DNA of 64,000 bases from Mobula hypostoma (lineage: Eukaryota). This document shows positions 38,175 to 50,145 of the stretch, piece by piece. The stretch's first letter is position 1; each line of letters starts with the position of its first letter. The translations under genes were made by a program, and so were the position numbers. A model generated the notes under the pieces. The model searched no databases. It was not told the DNA's origin and saw only the letters and a program-made list of their open reading frames with translations. The stretch is from assembly GCF_963921235.1 (NCBI RefSeq), contig NC_086108.1, positions 61,258,001 through 61,322,000 on the forward strand, read 5' to 3'.

Positions 38175-38580
38175 ATATTTTTTTTTCAAAATATACTTTA
38201 TTCAAAAATAAATATATACAATAAAGCATTCAATAACTTTTCATCCTTTACATATGTTTCCATTATAGTCAGTACATATCCGTATTTATAGCCACCCACG
38301 TGGCACTCCAGTAGTTCAGCTTACCATATCATTGTTGAGGAGTATACTCCCTGCCCACCGACCCCTCCCACTCCCACGGGTGGAGAAACCTATACTGTGG
38401 TCCTTCCCCACCGGGCCCTTGCGGTGGCTGCACCGAGTTTCAGTGCGTCCCTCAGCATGTACTCCTGCAGCCGAGAATGTGCCAGTCGGCAGCATTCTCC
38501 CACGGACATCTCCATGTGCTGGTAGATCATCAAGTTTCGGGCCGACCAAAGAGCGTCTTTCACTGAGTTGATGATCTGCC
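38175..38580 (-). mobile_element. Tx1 (L1 clade) LINE 3' end, copy 1
   Basis: ORF2 C-terminus QIINSVKDALWSARNLMIYQHMEMSVGECCRLAHSRLQEYMLRDALKLGAATARARWGRTTV; AATAAA and poly(A); TSD cttgaagggtat. Confidence 0.82.
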
Positions 38581-38592
38581 CTTGAAGGGTAT

Positions 38593-38826
38593 TTTTTTTT
38601 TCCAAAATACACTTTATTCAACAATAAATATACACAATGAACCATTTCAATAACTTCCCATCTTTTACATACATTTGCATTAAGTCAGTACATTATCCAT
38701 ATTTATGGCCACCCACGTGGCACTCCAGTATCTCATTTTTCCACATCATTGTTGAGGGGGAATACTCTCCACCACCTGACCCCTCACACTCCCGCGGATG
38801 AAGAAACACGATACCGTGGTCCTTCC
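38593..38826 (-). mobile_element. Tx1 LINE 3' UTR, copy 2
   Basis: Diverged repeat of 38175-38406 (gccacccacgtggcactccagta) with its own poly(A). Confidence 0.8.
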
Positions 38827-38841
38827 AGGTAAGAACAGTTT

Positions 38842-39686
38842 TTTTTTCCAAATAAAGTTATTTACATATAAACAAAACATTCGTTGACTCTGAGTCCTTA
38901 TTCAATAAAGTTATTTACAATAAAATTATGCGTTGACTCTCTGTTCATATACAAATGAAAGATGTTTGCAATAAACCATTGATTTACTCTCAACCCTTGG
39001 TCAAGAGTTAAGACTTACTAAAAATGAAATTATCAACAATAATAAAGCCAGGTGTTGGCTCTAATGCTTTCCCAAATTAACCATTCCCCACTTAACAATT
39101 TCACCCATTCACCCACTCCTGGGGCACCATGTTGATTATCTGTCTACACCACTGATGGGGGTTAGTCTCCTCCCCACCCTACCCCTCACACTCCCACGGG
39201 TGATGAACCTTAAACTGTGGCCCCTCCCCACCCGCAACACCTGGAACTCTTCACACTGAGAACGTTTAAGGACGCCAGCTCAAGGCCCACCACCCTTTAT
39301 AAATCCTCGTCCTCTTTGCCATCCAGAGGCCTCATACCCATAGTCCTGGTGAAGTCATCCACCAGCTGAGGGTTCAGGTACTGCTGGTACTCCCCGCCCG
39401 GGGGGAGGGGGAACCACCGGTTCGGCACCAAAAGGAACTTCCGGGGCCGCCCCTCCATCTGGCTGCAGACCACCAGAAGTATTACTGCTCCCGGATTCCC
39501 AGAGCTGAGAGACTCTGCTGCTCCCCCCATCCTGCGACTGGGGGGAGGCTAGCAGACCTTCACTCTTCCCCTGACTCTCGTCCGCCCGCTTAACCCACCT
39601 CTTCCTCTGTCGGGGTTTCTGGCCACCCCCACCACCCTCTTCCTCCGAGGAAGACAAGTGCAGCAGTGCTATGGGGGGGGTGGCAG
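38842..39686 (-). mobile_element. Tx1-related element, copy 3 (ORF1-like fragment joined to 3' end)
   Basis: Poly(A) and AATAAA; shares ccctcacactccc.cgg..ga..aac.....tgtgg with copies 1 and 2; ORF1-like low-complexity peptide at 39355-39680; flanked by acagttt on both sides. Confidence 0.65.
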
Positions 39687-40179
39687 ACAGTTTCATACAA
39701 GGAGCAACCAAAAGAAAATCTATACTAAGCACATCTAATGCACATTTTTGTTAAAACAGGCCTCATACACTTGTATGAATATTTATCTGCAGGCTCTTCC
39801 GTCAATCTGTATATCATGGTAAGGGATGTATCAGGCTGACGGTGGATCAATCAAGAGAGATTCAAACCAGACTTATGTTGGTGTCTGGAAATCAGAGGTT
39901 ACCTGTTCAATATGCCACCAATCACTGATCAGCTGTTTGCCCAAGGTCGGATCAGTGATTGGTGATGAGTTGAACAGGTAATCAGGGGGCAGTAGGAGGA
40001 ACAAGGTGGTTAGGAGAGTGTATATTATATTTCCTCTTGCACTGGTCTTCACACTCCATCTCAACGATGTTTTTATCACTCTGTGGCGCCATTTCTGTAG
40101 CTCGTTAGACATTGGTTAAAAAGGAGTTTCCCAATATATTTTTAAGAATTCTATACCTTTTGCACTGATCTTTTCCTTA

Positions 40180-40476
40180 TTAAGATTAAGATAAGATTAG
40201 ATTCCTTTGTCACATGTACATTAAAATATTGAAACATATAGTGAAATCCATTGTTTTGCATCAACGACCAACAGAGTCCGAGACTTGTGTTGGGGGCAGC
40301 CCACAAGTGTTGGAACACATCTGGTGCCAAAACAACTCACTAACCCTAATCATACATCTTGGAATATGGGAGGAAACCAGAGCACCTGAGGAAACCCATA
40401 CAGTGATGGAGAGAATGTGCAAACTCCTACAGACGGCGGCGGGAATTGAATCTGATTGGTGATCACTGGTGATGTA
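40180..40476 (-). mobile_element. HE1-like V-SINE
   Basis: V-domain-like ttggaatatgggaggaaaccagagcacctgaggaaaccca...aaactcctacagac and B-box-like gggaattgaa; (aagat)n tail. Confidence 0.7.
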
Positions 40477-40857
40477 GATTCATAGAAGAGTACAGCACGG
40501 ACACAGGCCTTTCAGCCCATCTAGTCTTTGCTGAACCAATTAAACTGCCTACTCCCATTGACCTCTCCCAGGAACATAACCCTCTACACCCCTCCTAGCC
40601 ATGTACTTATCCAAACTTTTCTTAAACATTGAAATCGAGCTTGCATGCACCACTTATGCTGGCAGCTCATTCCACACTCTCACAACCCTCTGAGTGAAGA
40701 AGTTTCCCCTCATGTTTCTATTAAACTTTTCACTTTTCACCCTTAACTCATGATGTCAAGTTGTGGTCCCACCCAATGTCAGTAGAAAAAGCCTGAATGC
40801 ATTTAACCTATGCATAACCCTCAATTTTGTATACCTCTCTCAAATCTCCACTCAATC

Positions 40858-41292
40858 TAATAATAATATTAAGTACTTTATTGATCCTGAGTGGGAAATT
40901 ATTTCGTTACAGCAGCGACATTTAAAAACACACTTAGCAGTGTTCAGGCTTAACTAATAATGAAGTACAGAATAATAATATACACAATAATAATGTACCA
41001 ATGAGCAATAATAATGTATGAAACAATAAACAGAGGCTATTGTACTTGATGTATGTTCTCCTGTCGCACAGAGATGAACTGTTGTATATGCATTTGGTAG
41101 CAAAGATTTTTTGTAACAATTCTTGTACAGCAGAGCTGAATGAGTCGGTTTGAAAGGATGCTCCACTGCTTATTCAGTAAGTCATGGAGAGGATGAGCCA
41201 GATTGTCCATAATGGATAACAGTTTGCTTAGTGACCTCCTCTCCACCACTAACTCAAAAGAGTCTGGGTTGTAGCCAACGATGTATCCAGCC
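40858..41292 (-). mobile_element. Rex1/Babar 3' end inserted in CR1
   Basis: VERRSLSKLLSIMDNLAHPLHDLL...SNRLIQLCC and YKKSLLPNA; AATAAA and att-rich tail. Confidence 0.7.
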
Positions 41293-41959
41293 TTTTTGAT
41301 GTTTTATGTTCCAAGGAATAAAGTCCTAATTTATTCAGTTCTTCCTTATAACTCATGTCTTCCAGAACTGGCAACATCCTTCTAAATGTTCTCTGTACTC
41401 CTTCAACCTTATTTACATCTTTCCTGTAGATAGATGACCAAAACTGAACACAATACTGCAAATTAGACCTCACCAATGTCTTATACAACTTCAACATACA
41501 TCCCATCTTCTGTACTCAATACTTTGTTTTATGAAGGCAAAGGTGCCAAAAGCTTTCCTTACGACTCAGTCTACCTGCGCCGCCACTTTCAATGAATTAT
41601 GGACCTGTATTTCCAGATCCTTTTGTTCTACCGCACTCTTTAGTGCCCTACTCTTCGCTGTGTAAGACCTACCCTGGTTGGCCCTACTGAAGTGAAATAG
41701 CACACACTGTCTGCATTATTAGTTCTGCCAATTTTCAGCCTATTTTTCTTGCAAGCTCTGATAGTCTTCCTTGCTGTCCAGTATACCTCCAACCTTGGTG
41801 TCATCCAGAAATTTGCTGATTCAGTTAACCACATTATCATCCAAATTATTCATATAGATATCAAACAACAATGGACCCAGCCCTGATCCCTGTTGCACTC
41901 CACTAGTCGCAGGCCTCTGGTCAGAGTGGAAATAATCTACTACCACTCTCTCACATCTC

Positions 41960-42557
41960 CCACAAAGACAATGTAAAGTGCCTTGCTAAAGGGAAAATGA
42001 TATCGTATCTGTTAAATAGGGGCTGTGGACAATTCTGATTTGATGGAGAATGGACATGAAAGCACAGAGGAACATCTGGAAAAATTTCTGAAACGCCCGT
42101 TCGCTGCTGTCGTGTTACTGTGTGGTCGGGAATCTTTCGGAGGGTAGGCCTCAATATCCTCAGCCTTGCCTGCTGTTAGCGACCAAGAAGGAGGTCGAAT
42201 CGTACGGACAGAGATGGCGCTCAGTGCTTGGTGTTGGAGAGCTGATCAGAGCTCGAAGTTTTCGGACGACTCAAGAGTTGGATCGTGGTTGGCATGGCAG
42301 GGAGAGTTTTTCTTCCTTCTCCCGTCTGCGTGAGATGTGGGACATTTGAGAAACTTTGAACTTTACTGTGCTCATGGACTTCTTCATCAAGTTGCACTGT
42401 GTAACTATACGTTATAATTATGTGGTTTTGTCAGTTTTTTCAGTCTTGGTCTGTCCTGTGTTTTGTGATATCACACTGGAGGAAATAATGTATCATTTCT
42501 TAATGCATGCATTACTAAATGACAATAAAAGAGGACTACGTGTCTTCATAATATAAA
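41960..42557 (+). mobile_element. Short non-coding retroelement-like insert in CR1, family uncertain
   Basis: CpG-rich block interrupting the CR1 RT region; ends aataaaagaggactacgtgtcttcataat. Confidence 0.5.
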
Positions 42558-45068
42558 AAGTCCATGCTGACAACTTCCACTCCCTTGCCTTCATCAACTT
42601 TCCTGTAATTTCCTCAAAAACTCAATAAGGCTGGTTAGACTGGTCCTACTACACACAAAGCCATGCTGACTATCCCTGTCTAACCAAATACTCATATATC
42701 CGGTTCCTTAGAATACCTCCCAATAATTTTCCTGCTAGTGATGTCAGGCTCAGCAGTCCATAACTTCTTTGTTTATTTATAGAGCCTTTCTTAAATAGTG
42801 GAAGAAGAATGGCTATCCTTCAGTCCTCTGCTACCTCATCTGTCACTAAGGATGATTTCAATATCTCTGCTAGGCCCCCTGCAATTTCTGCACTTGCCTC
42901 CCGCAGGGTCCCTCTGTAATCGTATAGGGGCCATGATCTTGCTGCCACTTTGTCTCACTTCTATGGACTCTGTGTCCATCTCTTAAGTAGATACAGATGC
43001 AAAAAATCGATTTAAGATCTCCCCATCTCTTTTGGCTCCACGTATAGATTACCATTTTGATCTTCAGGAGGACCACTTTTGCCCCTCACGGTCTTTTTGC
43101 TGTTAACATATCTGTAGAATCCCTTAGGATTCTCCTTCATCCTGACTGCTAGGGCAATCTCGGGCCTTCTTTTAGCCCTCCTGATTTCTTTATTAAGTGT
43201 TCTCTTGCATTTCTTATGCTCCATAAGTACCTCATTTGTTCCTAGCTGTCTATACCTGCTATTCACCTTGTTTTTCCCGAACCAGGGCCTCAATATATCT
43301 TGAAATCAAGGTTCGCTAAACCTGTTAGTTTACCTTTTATTTTGACAGTCACATACAAATGTTGTACTCTCAAAATTTCACTTTGGAATGCTTTCCTTTT
43401 GCCGGGTAGGTCTTTGCCAGAAAACAGCATCTCCCAATCCACACTTGTCAGATCCCTTCTGACACCTTCAAAATTGGACTTTCTCCAATTTAGAATCTCA
43501 ATCTGCGGACCAGACCTATCTTGTTTTCATATCTATTTTGGAACTAATGGCATTACGATCACTGGATGCAAAGTGTTCCCCAACATAAACATCTGCCATC
43601 TTGCTCTGTCTCATTCCTAACAGCAGATCAAGTATCGCACGCTCTCTCTTTGCGACTTCACTATACTGATTAAGAAATTTTCCTGAACACATTTGAAAAA
43701 CTGTATCCCATCTAGTCCTTTTACAGTATGGGAGTACCAGTCAATACATAAAAAGATTAAATCACCTACTATAACAATCTTATATTTTGTGCAATGGTCT
43801 GTGATCTATTCACAAATTTGTTCCTCTAAATCCCGCAGACTATTGGGTGGTCTATAATATAGCCCCCATTAACATAGTCATGCTTTTCTTATTCCTCAGT
43901 TCCCCCATAAGGCCTCAGTAGATGAGTTCTCCAGTCTGTTCCAACTGAGCACAACTGTGACATTTTCCCTGACTAGAAACTCCACCACTCCCCCACTTCA
44001 ATCCTTCCCGCCCTATTGCATCTAAAATAATGGAACCCAGGGATATTCAGCTACCAATCATGCTCCTCCTGCAAGAAAGTCTTACTAATGGCTACAAAAT
44101 CATAATTCTATGCCCTGGGCTCATCTCCCTTTCCTATGATACTTCTTGCATTGATATATACTCAGCTCAGGACACTAGTCGCACCATGCTCATCCTTTGA
44201 TTCTTGACATTGTCTGAGGTCTTACCAATATCTGTCTCCAGAACCTCTCCACTATCTATTGGGCACTCTGGTTCCCACCCTCTTGCAACATTAGTTTAAC
44301 CCCCTCTCCCCATGCAGCTGTAGCAAATCTTCCCACTAGGATATTAGTTCCCCTCCAGTTTAGGTGCAAATTGTCTCTTCTGTACAGGTCTCACCTTCCC
44401 TGGAAGAGAACCCAATGATCCAAAACTCTAAAGCCTTCCCTTCTACACCACCTCCTCAGTCATGTGCTAAACTGTATGATATTTTTATTTCTGGCCTCAT
44501 TAGCAAGTGGCACAGGTAGCAACCTGAGATCACAACATTGGAGCTCCTGCTCTTTACCTTAGCACCTCCCTGAACTCACTTTGCAGAACCTTGTCACCCT
44601 TCTTACCTATGTATGTCATTGGTACCTATGTGTACCATGACCTCTGGCTGCTCACCCATCCACTTAATAACACTGAGGACTTGATCCGAGATTTCCCAGA
44701 CCCTGGCACCCAGAGGCAACACACCATCCAGGAATCTCGTTCTCATTCATAGAACCTCCTTTCTGTTCCCCTAAGTAACAAATCCCCTATCACCTTAGCT
44801 TGTCTCTTCTTCTCTCTACTCTTTTGAGACACAGAGCTAGACTCGGTGCCAGAGATCTGACCGCTGTGACTTTCCTCTGCTAGCTCATCTCCCCTAACAG
44901 TATCCAACCTGTTGTTGAGGGGGATGGCCACACGGGTACTTTGCTGTACCTGTTCAATCCCTTTTCCCTTCCAGACTGTCAGACAGTTTTCTGTGTCTTG
45001 CACCTTGGATGTAACTGCCTTTCTATATGTCCCGACTATCATCCCACAGCCTTTCAAATGATCCAGAG

Positions 45069-46480
45069 TGTCATACGGTGGGGCACTGGGAGCGGACCCA
45101 AATGCAAGACACAGACACTGAAGTACTAGGAACAGGACTTGACTAGAGAGCTGGGACAGGAACACAGACTTGGGCTAGGACTTGGCTCGGAAAGCGGGAC
45201 CAGGACAAGGAACTGGGAACTAGGAGCCTGGGCTTGGACTCCGAGCCAGAATCTGGACAAGGACCCAGAACTTGGGTCTTGACTCGGGCTTGGACCCCGG
45301 AACTAGGCGAGGCCATGACGTGGCTACAGGACTGGATGTGGCTTGGGTTCTTCGAGGCAAGGACATGACGAGGCTTAGGTTCTTCGAGGCGAGGGCATGA
45401 TGAGGCTTGGGTTCTTTGAGGCGAGGGCGTGACGAGGCTTGGGTTCGGACTCTGAGCCAGAGACTGGACAAGGACCCAGAACCTGGGTCTTGACTCAGGC
45501 TCGGACTCTGGAACCAGGCAAAGACATGATGTGGTCTTGGGAGACAGGACTAGGCGAGGCTACAGGACAGAATGAGAGACTCCTGGGCAGGATGAGGGAA
45601 CTCCAGCACAGGATGAAGCACATGGACAGGACGGGAACACAAGGCCTTGACTTGGTACTCAGGAACAGCCGAGCCTCAGACTTAAGTCGACAGGAGCCTT
45701 GGAACCGTGGACTTGGGACGACAGGAACTTGGAACACAGAGCCTTGGTCTAGAGCACGGGAACACGGAGCCTTGAGCTTGAGAGACAGGAACACAGGGAC
45801 ATGGAACACAGAGCTGGGACCCCTCCTTGGGAACAGGACTTAGGGCCAGGACTCGTACACCGAACACAGAGGCAGGTCCCCTCCTTGGGAACAGGACTTG
45901 GGGCCGGGGCTCTACACAGAGTGCTGATCGCGGCGAGATGGTTCTCAACACTAGGTAGCGGCAAATGGCCAGACCTACCTAGCGAAGGCTTGGACACAGA
46001 GACAGTTCTCAACGCTAAGTAGCGGCAAACAGCCGGACGTACCTAACAAAGGCGTGGACACAGAGACAGTACCAACTCAATGATAGACAGTTCCTTATCT
46101 TGACACAGCAAGGCTCCAGTCTTGCTCCAGCAGCAGAACTTGACGGCGAGCATAGGCGAGGACGCAGGCGAGGCTTCAAGCGAAAGGTAGCAGGTGAGGT
46201 TTCAGGCAGAATGGGAAGGGAGGGGAAGGGAACAGTTCAGACTCAGGGTAACGGCAAAGACAGCCTGGCTTACCCCACAGAGGTGAGGACAGGATACTGA
46301 CAAGACGAACCAGCAACCACACTTGATCCCAGGGTCACTTATATTTCCAGCCCCAAGACAAGCATCAGGTGCCTATGATTAAGCCCAACTGAAACAAGGG
46401 ACAGCCGGAAGACCTGGAGTCCAGAGTCCACGGACCAGACCATGAACCGGAACGCGGACTTCACGGACCAGACCATGACA
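45069..46480 (-). mobile_element. Large solo LTR (1412 bp) with internal tandem repeats, inserted in CR1 ORF1
   Basis: TGTCAT...ATGACA termini, perfect 5-bp TSD CAGAG (45064-45068 and 46481-46485), minus-strand ATATAA near 46340. The minus-strand 3' end resembles the 25-kb LTR end. Confidence 0.85.
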
Positions 46481-49184
46481 CAGAGTTCATCCATTTCCAA
46501 CTCCAACTCTTGAACATGGATTGTTAGAAGCTGTATTTGGGCATACTTCATGCAGGTGTAGTCACCAGGGACACTGGAGGTTTCCCTGCCTGCCCACATC
46601 CTGCAAGAGGAGCATTTAACTATCCTGCCTGGCATCCCCACAGTTCTATGTGTGCAAGTATAAAGAAGGAAAGTGATAAAGAAAAAGTGGGAAGAATACC
46701 TACAGCTTTTTCACCTTCTCTCACTCAAGCCCATCCTTGCTGAAGCACCTAAGAGTTAAAGCCTCAAAATCTCCACTCTAACACTGTCCACTCTAGCAAT
46801 GACCACTCCACTTTCACTGGTCAGACAACTAAACTGCTGCCAATAGATGCCTTATGCACTTAATCCATGGACCTGAGTGAACTGTGTCATCTCATGCTTC
46901 AGACCTCTGATTGGCTGCTGCTGACAAATAATTGCACTGCTATTCTATTGTGCCACCCATGTTTTGTTGTTAATATTAGAACGATTGAAACATTCAGCTA
47001 CCACCATCCTCTTGTGTCTGTAATCTCAGACATTTGCTTGCATAATTACTTTCTATCTTCTTTTGACTTTCTAGGTTGTGGGGGGGGGGTTGGGGGTGGA
47101 AGTCTACCCGACACTTTCTGGATGGGGCAGGGTTGAGAGTGTGATACTACACTTTCTGATGTAATGTTCCTTCTTTGCTGTTTAGCTTAATAAACGTGCC
47201 GTGACTGACAACCCTTCTAGCTCATTATATCTCGCACCACCTGAAACTGAGTCATTTTGCACCTCTCCCTTCTTTTTACTTACTCTTTCCTCTAGTTTGT
47301 CCTGAGCTGAGCTTCTTTAAGCTTTCTTTCAGTGATAACTTTGCCCATGCTTCTACATGCTCATTTGTGCCTTTAGTTATCTGCCTTCTTCACTAATGTC
47401 TTTCCTCTGTAGTCCCTAACACAACCACCTTAATTCACAAATATCTATCTTCTATTTCTCTGCCTTTCAAACTTGCTTAGCGATTCTCTGCTTTCTATTT
47501 CCCACCCCCTCCGAATCTACACTTAGGTCCCTATCAACAGGTGAAACTTGTTCACAATTTCAAACAAACCTGTTGTTCTGCAGTCTGTCCAGTTAATATA
47601 AGCCTGGCTTTCTCAGATTCCTCCTCCCAAGAAAATAGGCCCAGAAAATGCATGGTATAATGGGATTCATTTTGTTTGAGCCTTTTGATTTTAAGAGTGG
47701 TACTTCAAGAAACATAGTTCTGATCAGATACCAGGCTGACTAAAATACCACATGTCCACGAAGCATTCAGATTAATTCTGGGACAGGGCAGTACCAGGTC
47801 TGCATGGAATTTTGCCAAGTCTGCCACCATGGTAGATTGGCCATGGGAGAGAAACAGCAGCAGCAACAATTCAGTTGATGTTTATAAAACGAAATGAATG
47901 CTGATGGCACAGTTGGTAATGAATTGCATAATATAAAGCTGGACAACAGAGGCCAGGAAACCTCATTAGGTCCATTTGTGGTCTATGCCAAGGTGTTTGT
48001 GTCAATTGGGTCAGTGGTAGGAATACTGTCACTGACCTTGGGAAAAGAAATATAAAAATCATAGTTACTACAAAATGACTCCAACCAATCCCCACCGTCA
48101 GGATGGTAAATTCATAAACATCAACGAAGAATAGTGTGAGGCTTGATAACGATATCCTTTTAAAGTATAGATTTTTGTTTTGTCTATCTTATTAATAAAC
48201 ACTGATTATAAAGGAAGCTGATAGCAGATGGTGAGCAGATGGAAATTTTAAACCCTCAGGATAATGAGCATCCAATACACAATTTTCTGCATAGCCAGAC
48301 CAAACCATGCATTTATTGGCTCAGAGAAAAACTTGGAGCAGCCATGAACAGGTGGGAATTTCCATCCCTTCAGCTGTTCTATTCTGTGTTATTATTTAGA
48401 TTAAAACTAAAAATATTTATAAATGGACCAAAACTAAATCAAATGAAAGAGAAGGAAATTTGTGCAATGCACTACAACTGAGTCGATGGGCAGTCATTTT
48501 GTCTACGAGACCTGGATGCACATTCAATCAAGACATATAAAATTAAGTGTTCGCCCTCTGACAAACATATAAATAAATTTTCAATCCCTGATGCAGTTTC
48601 TATGTTATTTATTGTTCAAGCTACAATTACTGAGGGAGTCATGCGATCAACTGAGCATGCTAAAAATAGCAACTTATAAAGGATCATGAATATTTTAGAA
48701 CATTTTCCAGGAACTGAAAAGTTCTGATGGAATTCAGCACACTGGCTCCTCAATTGCCATTTTAAGATTCAGATTTGTGCTTCTTGTATATTATAATCTT
48801 CTATTATCCTTTCTGTCCTTTAGAGTCATGTCCCAGATTCCATCAGTCAGACTTCAATTAAATTAGCTGTGTTTGGAAAAGGACCTTGGCATGGAGTTGG
48901 CAGGCCTTCTGAATTGATTTCATCTATTAATGTTCTGTGATTGTGGCATAATCGTATTCCCAAGCTGCAAGCAATGGTGCAGATCTTATCGCAAAAGCAA
49001 GCGTGTTAATAACACAACAAAATTAATATGCAAATTCAGGAGCTGAGAAGATATAATGCAAGGTTGAATAAATACACTTCCACAGAAATCTGGATTAGCT
49101 CATTAAATTCATCGTAGAAAGTTAAACATGACCATTAAGAATACAAGTACTTTTTTCAAGTTATGTGAATGTAGTCCTTTAAGA

Positions 49185-50145
49185 CAGCAGTCCCCAACCA
49201 CCGGGCCGCAAAGCACGTGCTACCGGGCCGCGAGGAAACGATATGATTTGGCGATATGAGTCAGCTGCATCTTTCCTCATTCCCTGTCACGCCCATTGTT
49301 GAGCATGAATGCACGCGAGGTCGTTACCCGAGCATCATCCATGTCAGCGCGGGAAGAACATCAACTCCTCGAGCTTGCAAATGACAGCGGGCTGAAAAGT
49401 ATGTTTAACATAACATCTCTGCCGGCATTCTGGATCAAAATCAAGGCTAAATATCCTGTGATAGCCACGAAAGCACTGTAAACGTTGCTTCCATTTCCAA
49501 CATATCTCTGCAAAGCAGGGTTTTCTGCAATGAATGCAACTTAAACTAAATTGCGGAATTGACTGGACATAAGGACCCCCATTCGAGTATCGCTGTCTCC
49601 CATCACCCCTCGATAGGACCGTCTTGTTGCAGGAAAACAAGCCCAGGTCTCCCACTGTTTCAGCGATATTGGTGTGTTGCAATGATTTTATATGTTCATG
49701 CGGGGAAAATATGTGCTGTGTGTTTAATATCCAAACGTTACTTAAAATGTTATAATGCTATTGACTTATAAGTGACTTATAATTAACTTATCACTATATT
49801 CATGTGAGGAAAATATGCGCTGTGTGTTTAATATTAAATTCATTAGATAAACTATAGAAACAAAATTGAGTGTATAAGCCACTTATCACCTATATTCTGG
49901 TCGTGATTAACGCCCCCCCCCGGAACAGAATTGCCAAAAAAAATCGGCACGTACACGCATGCGCACAGGTGCCCACGCAAGGCTTCATGGTCATGGTAGT
50001 CTTTCTCAGGGTAAGCTCAATGTATTTGACTGCTACTTTTGTCCGTTGGCAACCCTACCCGCCCCCCAACCCCCGGTCGGCCAGTCCGCAAGAATATTGT
50101 CAATATTAAACCTGTCCTCAGTGCAAAAAATGTTGGGGACCCCTG
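49185..50145 (+). mobile_element. hAT (Charlie/Buster) deletion derivative with transposase C-terminal remnant
   Basis: TIRs CAGCAGTCCCCAAC / GTTGGGGACCCCTG, perfect 8-bp TSD CTTTAAGA; peptide EHQLLELANDSGLKSMF..SLPAFWIKIKAKYPVIATKAL*TLLPFP. Confidence 0.9.

Larger units (their letters stand above)
40477..46800 (-). mobile_element. Near full-length degenerate CR1 (ORF1 zinc finger/leucine zipper plus esterase, ORF2 APE/RT) with three nested inserts
   Basis: ORF1 CSSCRMW...YTCMKY..IQLLTIHVQELELEMDEL and RQAKVIGDLLLRGTERRF; ORF2 MKENPKGFYRYV, LYKTLVRSNLQYCVQFWS; 3' tail at ~40480. Confidence 0.85.

Noticed and set aside
38825..38833. ccaggtaag as a U1 snRNA-related Tx1 target
   Set aside because: Only 9 nt, partly created by the insertion junction, with no further snRNA similarity.
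45230..45900. Repeat array resembling a CRISPR array or repeat-protein gene
   Set aside because: Irregular degenerate units without unique spacers, inside a TSD-flanked LTR in vertebrate DNA; no cas genes.
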